DNA of 64,000 bases from Eledone cirrhosa (GCA_964016885.1 OZ024741.1:168888001-168952000); one strand, 5' to 3'; positions 1 through 13,446 are shown, counted from the stretch's first letter. Numbers and translations are program-made. Notes: generated by a model from the letters alone, not told the origin.

Positions 1-100
1 TTTCTGATAAAAAAAAAATTAATAAAATATAGTCACATGTATGGTTGTGTGGTTAAGGAGATTGCTTTGCTCCTACTGCATGGGTATAGCTTCAGGTTGT

Positions 101-122
101 CTCCTTCCTCTTCTTCTTCTTC

Positions 123-156
<34 letters not shown>

Positions 157-357
157 CCCCCCCCCCCTTCCTCCTCCTCCTCCTACTTTTTCTTCTTCTT
201 CTTCTCCTTCTTCTCCCCTCGCCCTCCCCCTCCTTCTTCTTCTTACTATTATTATCCCCCCTCCTCCCCCCTCCTTCTTCTTCTTATTATTATTATTATC
301 CCCCTCCTCCTCTTCCTCCTTCTTCTTATTCTTCTTCTCCTTCTTATTCTTCTTCTT

Positions 358-448
<91 letters not shown>
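101..448. repeat. Compound microsatellite (TCT)n/(TAT)n/(CCT)n
   Basis: Direct reading; it explains the spurious low-complexity ORFs at 37-623. Confidence 0.95.
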
Positions 449-449
<1 letters not shown>

Positions 450-1085
450 TAGAGGACTTTCGAGCCGGGGGCGATGGACAATTTCCAGAAATCCCTCGCT
501 TGGCAGCGCTACCGGGGGGCACTGCCGGTTCGGGATAAACTCTACAGGCACAGAGGTGCTGTCAGACGGACCTGCCCGAGATGCGCGAAGAACGACGAAA
601 CCGTTCTGCACACACTCGTCCAATGTCCGTGCATTTCTGATTTGTAGAGTTATGTCGAATAGCTACTGTCGCGTGTGGAACGAATCCGGCTATCGGCCGA
701 GTCCATAGTGAAGATCGACCCGCCGCCTTCCTTAGGTCAGGAAGAGCAGGACATTTTCCTCTGTCTGGTGGCAGTTGCGAAAGAGGTTATATGGTGGACC
801 AGGTTGAAAGGACTAAAGACAGACACTTTTCTCTTCGGCCAATCCCTCATCAACTTCTTCAAGTTTCACCTGGAAAGGAAGGTGAGGGTGGAGTGAGAAG
901 TGCTGCCCCCCAGTTCATTTGCTAAAAGGTGGATGAATGTGGCGAGAATGGCTCGTGTGAATGGGCCTACTCTGACCATGCGCCTATAGGCTAACTAACT
1001 TGAGGAGAGGGGTGCTCTCCCTGGGTGTCCTAGAAGCGCAGGGTGGTTCAGGATTGGTGGAGTACCCGATCACCCCAGGGTTGTC
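449..1085 (+). mobile_element. 5'-truncated Tx1/L1-clade LINE 3' end (ORF2 C-terminal zinc-finger region + 3'UTR), frameshifted
   Basis: Peptide IRLSAESIVKIDPPPSL...KEVIWWTRLKGLK is homologous to the C-terminus of the long element (46218-47024). Confidence 0.85.
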
Positions 1086-1096
1086 CACCCCCTATC

Positions 1097-1263
1097 GATT
1101 GGCAGTATCGGTAGAGAGTCGGACACCATGCTTTGAAGCATAGAGTTACGTCCCTTTATGATCTGAGTTCAAATCTCGCCGAGGTTAACTTTGCCTTTCA
1201 TCCTTACGGGGTCGATAAAATAAAGTACCAGTAATGTACTGTGTAATTGCTGGCCTTGTGCCT
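1097..1263 (+). mobile_element. tRNA-derived SINE (core GTTAACTTTGCCTTTCATCCTTACGGGGTCGATAAAATAAAGTACCAG, Nin/Deu-like), (TTA)n tail
   Basis: A-box-like TGGCAGTATCGG, B-box GAGTTCAAATC, and a core repeated more than 12 times in the window. Confidence 0.85.
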
Positions 1264-1286
1264 ATTATTATTATTATTATTATTAT

Positions 1287-3713
1287 TGTTGCATTTATCT
1301 TGCTTTATGTTCATACGAGTTATCACCAAGTCACAACCAGTGATCCCAAGAGACAACAAGGTACGCCATGTTCAAGAAAGAACACACATACACACACATG
1401 CATCTTTAGGTGTTTAGACTTGTGATGTACTTATATTGACAGAATCTTCCTTAGTATATGGGCAGTTCCCATTAGTACTATCTTTTGTATTTCTCCTATA
1501 CGCGGGTTTCCTGGGATTTGCGATAAGTAATCATTAGACCCCTTAGGTATCATTCCTAGAGCGCCTACAACCACTGGTATCGTTTTAGTTCTCAATTTCC
1601 ACAATTTTCCAATTTCTATCTCCAGGTCCTTATACTTGCTCAATTTTTCAAATGTTTTTATAGATATATTCTTGTCTATTGGAACGGACATATCAATTAG
1701 CAGGCATACCCTCTTTTTAAAGTCCTTCAGTATTATATCAGGTCTATTTGCATCTATTTTTCGGTCTGTTTGCATGCTAAAGTTCCACAAGATTGAGGTG
1801 TGATATTTTTCAAGTACGGAAGGTGGTTGATGCTCCCACCAATTCTTTTGATGGGGCAGTTCAAAATGCTTACACATTATCTAATGTATGTATTGCGCAG
1901 CTCTGTCGTGCCTGTTTAGGTATTCGATTGGAGCACATTGAAATTATATGATCAATGGTCTCTGGTTGTTTTTTACATACACGGCATAATGGGCTGCATC
2001 CATTTTTTATTATGTTGGCTTGGTAATTTTTTGTTGGCAGACACTGATCTTGTGCTGATATAATTAGTCCTTCAGTCTCCAATTTCAGTCCAGAAGATGC
2101 CAACCACTGATGGGTTAAAGTTTTGTCAACATCAGGATTGTTAGCTCTTTCTGGGTATTTTCCATACAGAGGCTTTTCCTGCCATTTCGTAGCCAGTTTC
2201 TGTAGCAGTTCTTTCTTTGCAGTTACTTTTACCTGCTTTGCTTTTTCTGTGTTTTTCATTTCAACAGTAAATGGGACTTCTGAAATTTGTAGTCCATTAC
2301 TGTATCTTTGTGCATCTTTTGTAATGGAGTATGATCTTTTGATGCTTTCGTGTTTCAAAACGAGTTTGATCATCCAGTCATGTGATTCCCTTAGATATGT
2401 AGATAATCCAATTGTTGCAGTTTTCAACGCAATATCTAACTGGATTAACCCACGTCCTCCTTCTTTCCTAGGTAGATATATTATATCTGTATCTGCCTTA
2501 GGGTGATGCATTCTGTGCATAGTTAAGAATTTTCGAATTTTTGTATCAAGCCTACGGATCTCTATGCTTGACCAGTTGATTACATTGTAATTGTAGGTTA
2601 CTACTGGTATGGCAAGCGTGTTTATGGCATCGATCCTATTCCTTGCATTCAATTCCGTTCTTAAGATTGCTCTTACTCTGCGTTAACATTCCTTCAATAT
2701 ACTTTTCCTCATTGTCGAGTGCTTGATTCCGTCTCCTTCACAAACACCTAGATATTTGTAAGTTTCCTCTTGATCAAGTTCTCTTATCACATTCCCCCGA
2801 TTAAGATTAATGTCTGAACTTTTCAGCATCTTTCCTCTGGTGAATCTATCTAGTCCAAACTCCATTTTAATGTCATCACTGAACTGCTTCACAGTGGATA
2901 ATAGCCCTTGCAATTGTCCATCATTTTTTGCAAATAGTTTCAGGTCATCCATGTAGAACAAGTGATTAATGGTTTTGTCATAGACTTTATATCCATGTTT
3001 TGTTTCATTGAGCATTTTACTTAATGGTATAAGTGCAATGCAGAATAAAAGCGGTGATAAAGAGTCACCCTGAAAAATTCCACAATTAATATTAACTTCT
3101 CCAGCTTCCAGTGATTTCTTTTCACTATTCAAAAAGAGTGTCGATTTCCATGTCTTCATACTGAATGACAGGAACCTCCTGACAACAGGAGATATTTTGA
3201 AAATCTCTAAACATTTTTCAATCCAACTGTGTGGCAAACTATCAAATGCTTTTTTGTAATATATCCAAGCACTTGATAGATTTTTGTGTCTATTATGACA
3301 ATCTTCCAGTATCATTTTGTTAACCAGAAGCTGATCTTTACAGCCATATGAGCCTCGTTTACACCCTTTCTGCTCTTTGGGAAATAGGTCATTTGTTATC
3401 AGGTGGTCATATGTATATTCAGTTAGGACTGATGTTAAAATTTTATACATTGTGGTCAAGCAAGTTATCGGTCTGTAATTTTGGGGATTGTTTGTCTCAT
3501 CATTTTTTGGAAGTAGGAATGTAATGTCGTTAACTAGCCATGATGGTATCTTTTCTGGTTCCTTAACTATTTCATAGTAATGTTGGGCTAACAGCTCATG
3601 AGACTCTGTGAGGGCATTTATCCAAAAATTTGGTATCTTGTCTTTTCCTGGGTATTTCCATTTGCTGGTTTTTGTAAGAGCCAAACGCAACTGTTCAACT
3701 GTTATATTTATTA
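1287..3713 (-). mobile_element. R4/Dong-clade non-LTR retrotransposon (RT + CCHC + restriction-like endonuclease), 5'-truncated, stop and frameshift
   Basis: RT motifs NYRPITCL, GIFQGDSLSPLLF and YMDD; CRVCKKQPETIDHIISMC; RPDIILKD..LIDMSVP..K..KY; 3' end runs into (TAA)n. Confidence 0.93.
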
Positions 3714-3724
3714 ACCGTTATCAT

Positions 3725-4590
3725 TGTGGAGGGGAAGAGCGACGACGTACTTGGAGAAACTCTAGGCGTCGACGAAAATCAACTAGCCAATCTCTTCGGA
3801 AGGACTTTCGGGCCGGGGCCTATGGACAACTTCCAGAAATCCCTGGCCTGGCAGTGCTACCGGGGTGCTTTGCCAGTTCGGGATAAACTTTACAGGCATG
3901 GAGGTGCGGTCAGCCGGGCATGTCCGAGATGCGCACAGGGCGACGAAACCGTCCTGCACGCACTCGTCCAGTATCCGAGCATTGCTGACTTGTGGGTTTA
4001 TGTCGAACACCTGCTGTCACGTGTAGGACGGATCCAGCTATCAGCTGAGTCCATCGTGAGGATTGCCCCGCCCTCTTCCTTTAACCGGGAAGGGCAGGCA
4101 GTTTTTATCTGTCTGGTGGCCATGGCGAAAGAGATAGTATGGTGGACACGTTTGAAAGGGCTGAAGACGAGCACTTACCTCTTCGGTGATGCCCTGATTA
4201 ACTTTTTCAAATTTCATCTCAAAAGGAAAATCAGGGTAGAGAGGGAAGTGCTCTCTTCCCAGCATTTTGTTGAAAGATGGGTGAGAGAAGCAAGTATGGC
4301 CCGAATGAATGGGCCTTCTCTGAGTATGTGTCTGTAAATTAAAGGTGGAAAACTGGGAGAGGGCACTTGCCCTGGTGGTCAGGGCCACTGTGGTCTTTTA
4401 ATGGGCTTTCTCCACAAATGTCCCTCGGAAGTCTCCTCCCTATTGGGGAATTTTTCTTTGTTATTTTATTTCATCCTCTGTTTTTTTTACACGCAGAAAT
4501 GCCCATTTGTACCGTCCTGTATTGTCCTGTATTGTCCTGTACTGTCCTTAATGTCTACTTTATGTAAACCCTTGTGGTTAATAAAGAAAA
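3725..4590 (+). mobile_element. 5'-truncated Tx1/L1-clade LINE 3' end with 3'UTR ending AATAAAGAAA + (TTA)n
   Basis: ORF 3726-4337 (LAWQCYRGALPVRDKL..CPRC...ETVLHAL) is homologous to 46218-47024. Confidence 0.9.
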
Positions 4591-4663
<73 letters not shown>

Positions 4664-4664
4664 G

Positions 4665-5042
4665 TTCTTTGAGTCTCAGACATTGATGTTATTTAACTGG
4701 AAAGTTTGTTGAAATGAATATCAAGCCACTACCTGCAGCCTCAGATATTCAGGACGTATCGGAGGGTTCTTGCTGTTCCCAGCAAGCATGCCTTTTGAAG
4801 TGTTCCAAAAAGCGAGGCGGGACCAATTTTCTTTAACCATCCTTGGAAACTCTTTCAGATAGTACCTAGTGCGCCTATGACAATCGGAACCACTTTGACT
4901 TCATGGCAGTTCCAAATCCTTTTTACCTCCCACTTTAAGTCCTGGTATCGGTTAATTTTCTCCCTCTCCTTCTCTTGCACTCTTGTATCGAATGGGCAGC
5001 CTACATCCACAATCAGGCACGATCTTTTTTCCTTGTCCAAAA
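4665..5042 (-). mobile_element. 3' fragment of a second RLE-type (R4-like) LINE family
   Basis: IVDVGCPFD..EKINRYQDLKWE..VVPIVIGALGTI is an RLE C-terminus; flanked by (TTA)n. Confidence 0.8.
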
Positions 5043-5185
5043 ATTATTATTATTATTATCATTGTTATTTTTATTACATCCTCTCTTTTTTTTACACGCA
5101 GAAATGCCCATTTGTACTGTCCTGTATTATCCTGTACTGTCCTTAATGTCTACTTTATGTAAACCCTTGTGGTTAATAAAGAAAG

Positions 5186-5214
<29 letters not shown>

Positions 5215-5216
<2 letters not shown>

Positions 5217-6941
5217 TGCATTTATCTTGCTTTATGTTTATACGAGTTATCACCAAGTCACAACTAGTGACCTCAAGAGACAAGAAGGTCCGCCATGTTC
5301 AAGAAAGAACATACATATTCACACATGCATCCTTAGTGTTTAGACTTGTGATGTACTTATATTGACAGGATCTTCCTTAGTATATGGGCAGTTCCCATTA
5401 GTACTATCTTTTGTATTTCTCCTATACGTGGGTTTCCTGGGATTTGCGATAAGTAGTCGTTAGACCCCTTAGGTATCATTCCCAGAGCGCCTACAACCAC
5501 TGGTATTGTTTTAGTTCTCAATTTCCACATTTTTCCAATTTCTATCTCCAGGTCCTTATACTTGCTCAATTTTTCAAATGTTTTTATAGATACATTCTTG
5601 TCTATTGGAACAGACATATCAATTAGCAGGCATACCCTCTTTTTAAAGTCCTTCAATATTATATCAGGTCTATTTGCATCTATTTTTCGGTCTGTTTGGA
5701 TGCTAAAGTTCCACAAGATTGAGATGTGATCTTTTTCAAGTATGGGAGGTGGTTGATGCTCCCACCAGTTCTTTTGATGGGGCAGGTCAAAATGCTTACA
5801 CATTATCCAATGTATGTATTGTACAGCTCTGTCATGCCTGTTTAGGTATTCGGTTGGAGCTATAGGACTGCACATTGAAATTATATGGTCAATGGTCTCT
5901 GGTTGTTTTTTGCATACACGGCATAATGGGCTGCACCCATTTTTTATTATGTTGGCTTGGTAATTTTTTGTTGGCAGACACTGATCTTGTGCGGATATAA
6001 TCAGTCCTTCAGTCTCCGATTTCAGTCCAGAGGATGCGAACCACTGATGGGTTAAAGTTTTGTCAACATCAGGATTGTTAGCTCGCTCTGGGTATTTTCC
6101 ATACAGAGGCTTTTCTTGCCATTTCTTAGCCAGTTTCTGTAGCAGTTCTTTCTTTGCAGTTACTTTTACCTGCTTTGCTTTTTCTGTGTTTTCCATTTCA
6201 GCAGTAAATGGGACTTCTGAAATTTGTAGTCCATCACTGTATCTTTGTGCATCTTTTGTAATGGAATATGATCTTTTGGTGCTTTCGTGTTTCAAAACGA
6301 GTTTGATCATCCAATCATGTGATTCCCTTAGATATGTGGATAATCCAATTGTTGCAGTTTTCAACGCAATGTCTAACTGGATTAACCCACGTCCTCCTTC
6401 TTTCCTAGGGAGATATATTCTATCTATGTCTGCCTTAGTGTGATGCATTCTGTGCATGGTTAAGAATTTTCGGATTTTTGTATCGAGCCTACGGATCTCT
6501 GTGCTTGACCAGTTGATGACATTGTAACTGTAGGTTACTACTGGTATGGCAAGCGTGTTTATGGCATCGATCCTATTCCTTGCATTCAATTCCGTTCTTA
6601 AGATTGCTCTTACTCTGCGGTAACATTCCTTCCTTATCCTTTCCCTCATTGTCGAGTGCTTGATTCCGTCTCCTTCACAAACACCTAGATATTTGTAAGT
6701 TTGTTCTTGATCAAGCTCTCTTATCACGTTGCCCCGATCAAGATTAATGTCTGAACTCTTCAGCAGCTTTCCTCTGGTGAACGTTGCTTTGGCGCATTTA
6801 TCCAGTCCAAACTCCATTTTAATGTCATCACTGAACTGCTTCACAGTGGATAATATCCCTTGCAATTGTTCATCATTTTTTGCAAATAGTTTCAGGTCAT
6901 CCATGTAGAACAGGTGATTAATGGTTTTGTCATAGACTCTA

Positions 6942-6942
<1 letters not shown>
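5215..6942 (-). mobile_element. R4/Dong-clade LINE, second copy, 5'-truncated but with an uninterrupted 515-aa ORF (RT C-half, CCHC, RLE)
   Basis: ORF 5357-6904 is near-identical to copy 1; (TAA)n on both sides. Confidence 0.93.
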
Positions 6943-6996
<54 letters not shown>

Positions 6997-7001
<5 letters not shown>

Positions 7002-7116
7002 AATCCCGTTCAAATCCCGCCGAGGTTGACTTTGCCTTTCATCCTTACGGGATCGATAAAATAAAGTACCAGTAATGCACTGGGTAATTGCTGGCCTTGT
7101 GCCTAAAGTAGAAACA

Positions 7117-7118
<2 letters not shown>
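6997..7118 (+). mobile_element. Truncated tRNA-derived SINE in (TTA)n
   Basis: Same core as 1097-1263. Confidence 0.8.
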
Positions 7119-7193
<75 letters not shown>

Positions 7194-7949
7194 AAGAAAC
7201 CATTATTATTATTATCGTCCTCCTCCTCTCCCTTTATTCTTCTTCTTCGTCTTCTTCTTCGCCCACTTATTATCTGCATACACCATAACTGTATATAAAT
7301 ATGCATATACTTTTCCTTGGGGAAAATGGGAGCTCCATATACCCAATGAAAATATATCACAACTAAGAGTGGAGTAACTCTGAATAAATCAAGCTGCATG
7401 CGGTGGTCCATGCTCTGATTAAACAAAACTGCACTTGGTAGATGTGGGCTCCATAGGCTATAGCAAATGAGACTCAACAAAGAAAGCAGTTACTGCGAAT
7501 AAATAAGACTACACAGGGTCGATGTGGGCTCCATAAATTATAGTGAAGACAACCAGTCTTGGAAGGGAGTACCTTTGAATAAGACTGCATAGGGTGGACA
7601 TGGGCTCTAAAAGCCAAGCCATGGTGAAAGGAAACCTAAGAGAGCAGCCACATTGAGGAAAAACGGACAGAGGTTAGAGAAAACCCTAAAAACCTGACAG
7701 ACAACCTATCTTGTACTGATGGTGTGAAGAATGTATCCAGTGAATGCTGTAAAATGGTTGCTGATAGAAAGGTCATCCAGCCAGAAAATCATGCCAAACA
7801 TCATGGAAAGCACAAAATATAAGATTCACCTTAGCTGTTTATACAGGGGTAACAATAATGATGTTAGTACTGTGTACGGTAATGGGGTAGCCGGTCTAAC
7901 TATGTGTGAGAAGCCCAGACCATCATCACGCGATTGCATATCCATATTT

Positions 7950-9545
7950 CATTTCAGGTACAGAAGGATACTATCACAGGACAACCTAATTACCACTATC
8001 AGGTAACACACATTAGGGTTGCCGCTCTAAATGTGGAGTTGACATTCTACTAGCTGAGAAATGGGTTGATAAGATAATTGAGATAGAGTAAGAAACAAAA
8101 TTATCAATCTCAGAACAACCATAGGCAATAGAACAACAAAAATTATCTTTATTAACTTTACTTATGCACTATAATGGACATGTTGGACAGCACCAAGACA
8201 GATACTCTAGAATTCATGGTGGCTATAGTTATGGCTCCAGAAATAACGAGGGAGCCAAGGCTCTTAGAATTCTGTAATGTGTAGGAACTAAACATTTGCA
8301 ACACTAACTTCAGGAAACAAGCCGTCTATCTGATCACCTAGTGTAGGCCACAATATCTAGTCTTTGTTGATCTGAAGAAGACCTTTGACAGAGTACACAA
8401 ATCAGTCATCAAGTGGTCCTTAATGCAACTAGCTGTAGAAGCATGGCATGTGAGTCCAGTGCAATCCATATACAGAGGAGTGGTCAATAAATTGAAAATA
8501 AGTAGCGAGTTCATCCGGGCTCAGTCCTTAGTCCACTCCTGTTTATTATAGTTCTCCTGACCATAACAGATGAGTTTACGACTGACTGTACACTTTCATA
8601 TGCTGATGACCTTGTTCTAATAACTGAAGCTGTTGAAGAGATAGAGAAGGAAGTTTCAGCTTTAGAAACAGAACATAGAATTAAAGGGGCTAAGAGTAAG
8701 TTTTGCAAAAACCAAAATTTTAATGAACCGGAAAGAAGACAGGACTCTGATCGCATCAATGAGGTGTCATTGCTTGACGCACAGAAACAAAATAGGTAGA
8801 AACACTAAATGATATACAGAATGTAAATCTTGGGTGCACAAGAGATGTGGTGAGATGGCAGGTAGGCTAACAAAAAAGGTAGATTTGTATGTAGCAGATA
8901 TACGGCGATAGCTGGTTGTAAGAATAAACATTTTCTAATTCTAGGAAGACTCCGTAGAAGCAGTTGATAGCTTCTGCTGCCTAGGTGGTCTCATTTTCAG
9001 AGGATGAGGTTGGTCTGAGAGCAGATCAGCTATAATAAGAATGGGATGGAAAACTTTTAGGGAGTTACTACCTCTGTTGAACAGAGTTTACTCTCTACAA
9101 ATGAAATTTGGCTTTATATCTCCATGCATTGTGCAATACTGCATGGTAGAAATATATAGGCAGTGAATTCAGAGAATATGGGAAGACTGGAGAGAAATGA
9201 AACGAACGTGCATTCATAGAAATGCAATGTTTGTGTGCATGATTGACGAAGCATTGATTATCTGAAAGAAAAACTGGGTATAAAAGGAATCAGATGTAGT
9301 TTACTGAATGGATATGTGATGTGGACGATGATTGATGGGTTAATAAATGCCATGAAATCCCAGTGGAAGGAAACTGCAGTTGATGAGAAACAACTAAGAA
9401 AAAACTGAACGCAGTAAGAGTTAATCTTAAATCGGTGAAGTTTACAAAGGGGATTAAGGAAGTCAATGATTAGAGGGATGATATGTTGGAAAAACTCGCT
9501 CAACCAATGACAGCATGGAAAAATGGAAGTAAAACGATGATGATA
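7950..9545 (+). mobile_element. Degraded RTE-clade LINE (APE/RT remnants), tail AAACGATGATGAT
   Basis: + strand reads FVDLKKTFDRV (~8365) and HPGSVLSPLLFIIVL...LSYADDLVL (~8510-8620); many stops. Confidence 0.75.
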
Positions 9546-9560
9546 ATATACATGCATATC

Positions 9561-9619
<59 letters not shown>

Positions 9620-9852
9620 GTCTTTGGTAGTGTACAGAATAATATATCAATAAATTATAATTGTCAGAAGAAGTAATAAAACGCAATTTATCACTTGGGG
9701 TGGGAAACATAATAAAATGTTTATAATTTTAATCTAGAGCTTACGTCTTTTAAACGACTTGAAAAGCCAATGTTCTAAATTCAATTATAAACAAAATTTT
9801 ATTATTATATTTTTTGCCTCAACGGATAAACAGGGTTTTATAACTTTTTATT

Positions 9853-9898
<46 letters not shown>

Positions 9899-9902
<4 letters not shown>

Positions 9903-10790
9903 AAGTATGACCCCGACGGCAGAGCTCAAGTCCTTTCGACGGCTATTTCTGGACTAAATTAGAATTTTTAGCCCGGTGAATAAATAGCCGAACTTGTCAA
10001 GGGGGTACTTCCTTATATGGGAAGATTGTAGATGTCAAGAGGATTGGTTAAAATTTGTTGTAAACACAAAGTCTATCATGGCATTTGGTGGGAGGTAGGG
10101 GTGGCTGAACTTGCCTGTAGAACAATAGGGGAGTGAGGCGTTGAAAGTGATATGTATACAGCAGAATCTAAGGATAGTGTATGGAGTGGAGGAGGGAGGT
10201 TATAGAATAGGTAAATCGAATGAGAGTAGGAGACAATAAAAGATATTAGAAAGAAATAAAAAAAAATATAAAATTAGATAGTGGGAAATGAATTAAAAAA
10301 ATCACAATGCTATCTTACAATTACAGGTTAATAAGTTGAGAATAGAAAAAAATTGGAGAAATTACAAAACTGATACAAAATTAAAGGGGTTTAACACATC
10401 TGCTATAAGTAGTTAGTAAAACGTATTAGGCCAATTCTATCTTAAAATTACAGGTGTGGAGGAATTGATGCTACAGAGGCCCGATGGGCTGCATCGGGGT
10501 AGGCGAAAGGGGAAAAGCAGACGAGGAAGAAAATAGGGGGTGGAAGGAAGTGAAAGGATGAGACAGGGGAAGAAGAAGAGAAAGAGGAAAAGAAAAGAGA
10601 TACAACTACCTATGTAAGCTGGGGTTTCCCATAACTTATTCGGCAAGTGGGGGGGTATCACCCTTGTCTACCCACCCGGGTCGTTATGGGGTTTGAGGGC
10701 GAGGTAAGTCCTACACAATCTGTGTTTGCATGCGGTTACCAGTTCGTCTTTCTTGTTTAGGAGTTGGTCCTTCGAAAACAGTATTTGTAC
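9899..10790 (-). mobile_element. Penelope-like element 3' end: ORF C-terminus + 3'UTR + hammerhead-bearing pLTR abutting (TA)n
   Basis: Minus-strand LFSKDQLLNKKDELVTACKHRL matches the GIY-YIG C-terminal LN.R.EL...CRH motif; the terminus matches the family at 12064, 32735 and 51771. Confidence 0.75.
9904..10010 (-). ncRNA. Degenerate type-I hammerhead, long stem II (family A)
   Basis: Minus strand: cccc-TTGACAA-gttcggctattt...aaatagccgtc-GAAA-ggacttgagctctgcc-GTC-gggg; two core substitutions. Confidence 0.6.
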
Positions 10791-11792
10791 ATATATGTAG
10801 GTGCACATGTGTATGGATGTATGTATATGGTTACATGGTTTATATTTGTGCATGTATAACAGGATGCATCCTTCCATGGATGAACCTGTATGACCTTTTG
10901 TGCAGACTTATATGACTGTGAGTATATCACATTGGGGTACGAACAGAGATATATACATGTGTGCGTGTATCTTCTTTGTGGATGTACGTGGACACGGAGG
11001 TAATTGGGCGCGTATTTGTTGGCATGTATATGAGCCAGTGCATGTGGGGGGGGGGGTGTATGTGTGTATGTGCACCTACGGATTGTTTGTGAGTATGTTT
11101 ATGTGAGTGTACATATACATATATGTATATATATATATATATGTATATGTATGTATATGTGTGTATGTGTCTTTGGGAGCGTGTCTGTCTTTGTGCCTCT
11201 CTATAAGGACAGGCGTGTATATGTGCGTGTGTGTGTCTATGTATATGTCTGTACGTGTTTGTGTATATGAGCAAATGTACGCGTACGCAGGTATGTGTCC
11301 TTGTATGCGTGTACGTGTGTGTGTGTGTGTGCGTGTGCGTGCGTGCGTGTGAAGGCGGATGTATGAGGGCATATAGGCAGGCGCCTGTGGATGTGTACGT
11401 TGGTATGTATATGGTCGTGGGCATGTGTGGGTGTGTGTGAGAGAGAGAGAGTGTGTGTATATGTATATGGATGTGTATATGTACATATGTGTGTGTACTA
11501 TGTCTATGCGTATATATCTATGTGTGCGCGTGTGTATGTATGTGTATGTGTATATATGTGTGTGTGTACTTGTTGCTATATATGTGTGTGTGAGCGGACT
11601 TGTGAAATACCAAACCCAGCATGAGTCCATTGAGGTGTGCCGGACGGAGAGTAGCTGATGGCCAGTATGGTAGCAAATATTGGCCAGAATTTATGATGAC
11701 GTAGAAAAACAACAGCCAATAGCAAGACAAGAGAGGAAGATGTTTTTTGAAGCTAACACCCCAATGATAAAGTTTGTTCCGAAAGTTTTGCA

Positions 11793-12002
11793 TGTTTCCG
11801 AAGAACCTGGAGATCTAGAATCAGGCAGATCCAAACAATGATCGTGTCTCGAGCTCTCTGCCGGCGAAACAATTGTAACAAACAATAAACTGAGTCCAGA
11901 TGCATCACTGATTTTTCGTTTTATATTATATCACACTCTGCTCTGTAAGAACATAGAGTGCTGAACTGGCATACCGCCTATAGAAGCATGATAGCTACCA
12001 TT

Positions 12003-12003
<1 letters not shown>
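11793..12003 (+). ncRNA. Degenerate hammerhead + 3' tail (related to 55008-55362), ending in (CA)n
   Basis: tgttt-CCGAAGA-long stem II-GAAA-caatt-GTA-acaaaca; the tail shares gatgcatcactgatt and aactggcataccgccta with 55249-55329. Confidence 0.55.
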
Positions 12004-12063
<60 letters not shown>

Positions 12064-12065
<2 letters not shown>

Positions 12066-12263
12066 GGAACCAGTAAGACCCCGACAGCTGAGCTCAAGCC
12101 GTTTCGACGGCTAATTCTGGACTGAGTCCAGAATTAGCCGTCGAAACGGCTTGAGCTCAGCTGTCGGGGACTTACTGGTTCCTATTACCCACTCTACTAC
12201 CTCAAGTATTGAGTACTTTGGTGCGTTATGGTCCACCTGGTTCCTTACCACATTTCCTTCGTT
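12064..12263 (+). mobile_element. Fold-back mini-element family A: 60-bp inverted arms centred at 12124 (inside HHR stem II) + ~80-nt tail, (TA)n both sides
   Basis: Arms 12064-12123 and 12125-12184 differ at about 1 position; each carries the HHR 3' half GAAAcggcttgagctcagctGTC. Confidence 0.85.
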
Positions 12264-12405
12264 ATATATATATATATATAGCCGTCGAAACGGGTTGAGC
12301 TCTGTCGTCGGGTTTAAACTTTTTCCTATTACCCACTCTACTACCCTAAGTATTGAGTACTCTGGTGCGTTCTGGTCCATCTGGTTCCTTACCACACCTC
12401 CTTTG

Positions 12406-12448
<43 letters not shown>

Positions 12449-12693
12449 AGGTCCAAAATAATAGGGGAAATCAAATAAGCGGGGGATTGGACATTTGCTT
12501 AAATTCTTATAAACGTGTGTGGGGAATCGGTAATTGCATAGTGTACGTTCGTAAATATGGGGTTTCTTGTTAATCTTTTTGTCATATATAATGTTTTATT
12601 AATGTAAAATAAAATTATTATTAGATTCTCCAGTTGCTGTACCAATATGAATCACTTACAATAAAATTTCGCCGGAGATAGATTGTCAAAATG

Positions 12694-12741
<48 letters not shown>

Positions 12742-12962
12742 AATTAAGTTAAAAATGTACATCCACATATGTATACTGAAATACTAGTATGCATATGAAT
12801 ACACACACGTATACATATGTAGATGTACCGAGTTTTTCACTGGTCACTTTACTGTGAGTGTCCAGCTATTCTGTATGTAAACACACAGACAAACCGGTTT
12901 TTAGAGTCATACTGGTTTTTGAGGAAACACCTTTCCTCTATTCTCCAGAAAGCCAGACAAGG

Positions 12963-13007
12963 AATATTGAACTTGTTTCGATGTTGTTACATCTCATCAG
13001 CAATATT
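12963..13007 (-). ncRNA. Type-I hammerhead ribozyme (inverted copy of 13402-13446)
   Basis: Minus strand: aatattg-CTGATGA-gatgt aaca acatc-GAAA-caag-TT-caatatt. Confidence 0.85.
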
Positions 13008-13401
13008 TACCTATCTTCCGGCCTCTCTAGAGAATCGTAAAAGCACATATCGTTATATGCTTTTTCTATGAAAATTAGTAGTAGTGGGCAGACTAATTTG
13101 CACTGAAAAACTCGGTACATCTACATATGTATACGTGTGTGTATTCATATGCATACTAGTATTTCAGTATACATGTGTGGATGTACATTTTTAACTTAAT
13201 TGTTTAAGCGTCAGTCATACAAAAGTGAGTTACAAACGAAACGAAATTTAATTTCGTTTCGTTATTTGTTTTTATCGTCTCCGTTGAACCGGTACGTACT
13301 CACGCTCTATGCAAATTAGTCTGCCCACTACTAATTTTCATAGAAAAAGCATATAACGATATGTGCTTTTACGATTCTCTAGAGAGGCCGGAAGATAGGT
13401 A

Positions 13402-13446
13402 AATATTGCTGATGAGATGTAACAACATCGAAACTAGTTCAATATT
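13402..13446 (+). ncRNA. Minimal type-I hammerhead ribozyme, intact core
   Basis: Stem I aatattg/caatatt, CTGATGA, stem II gatgt/acatc, GAAA, palindromic stem III actagt, GUU site (cut after 13439). Confidence 0.92.

Noticed and set aside
37-623. Overlapping ORFs rich in L/I/F/N/K/R runs
   Set aside because: Translations of trinucleotide microsatellites.
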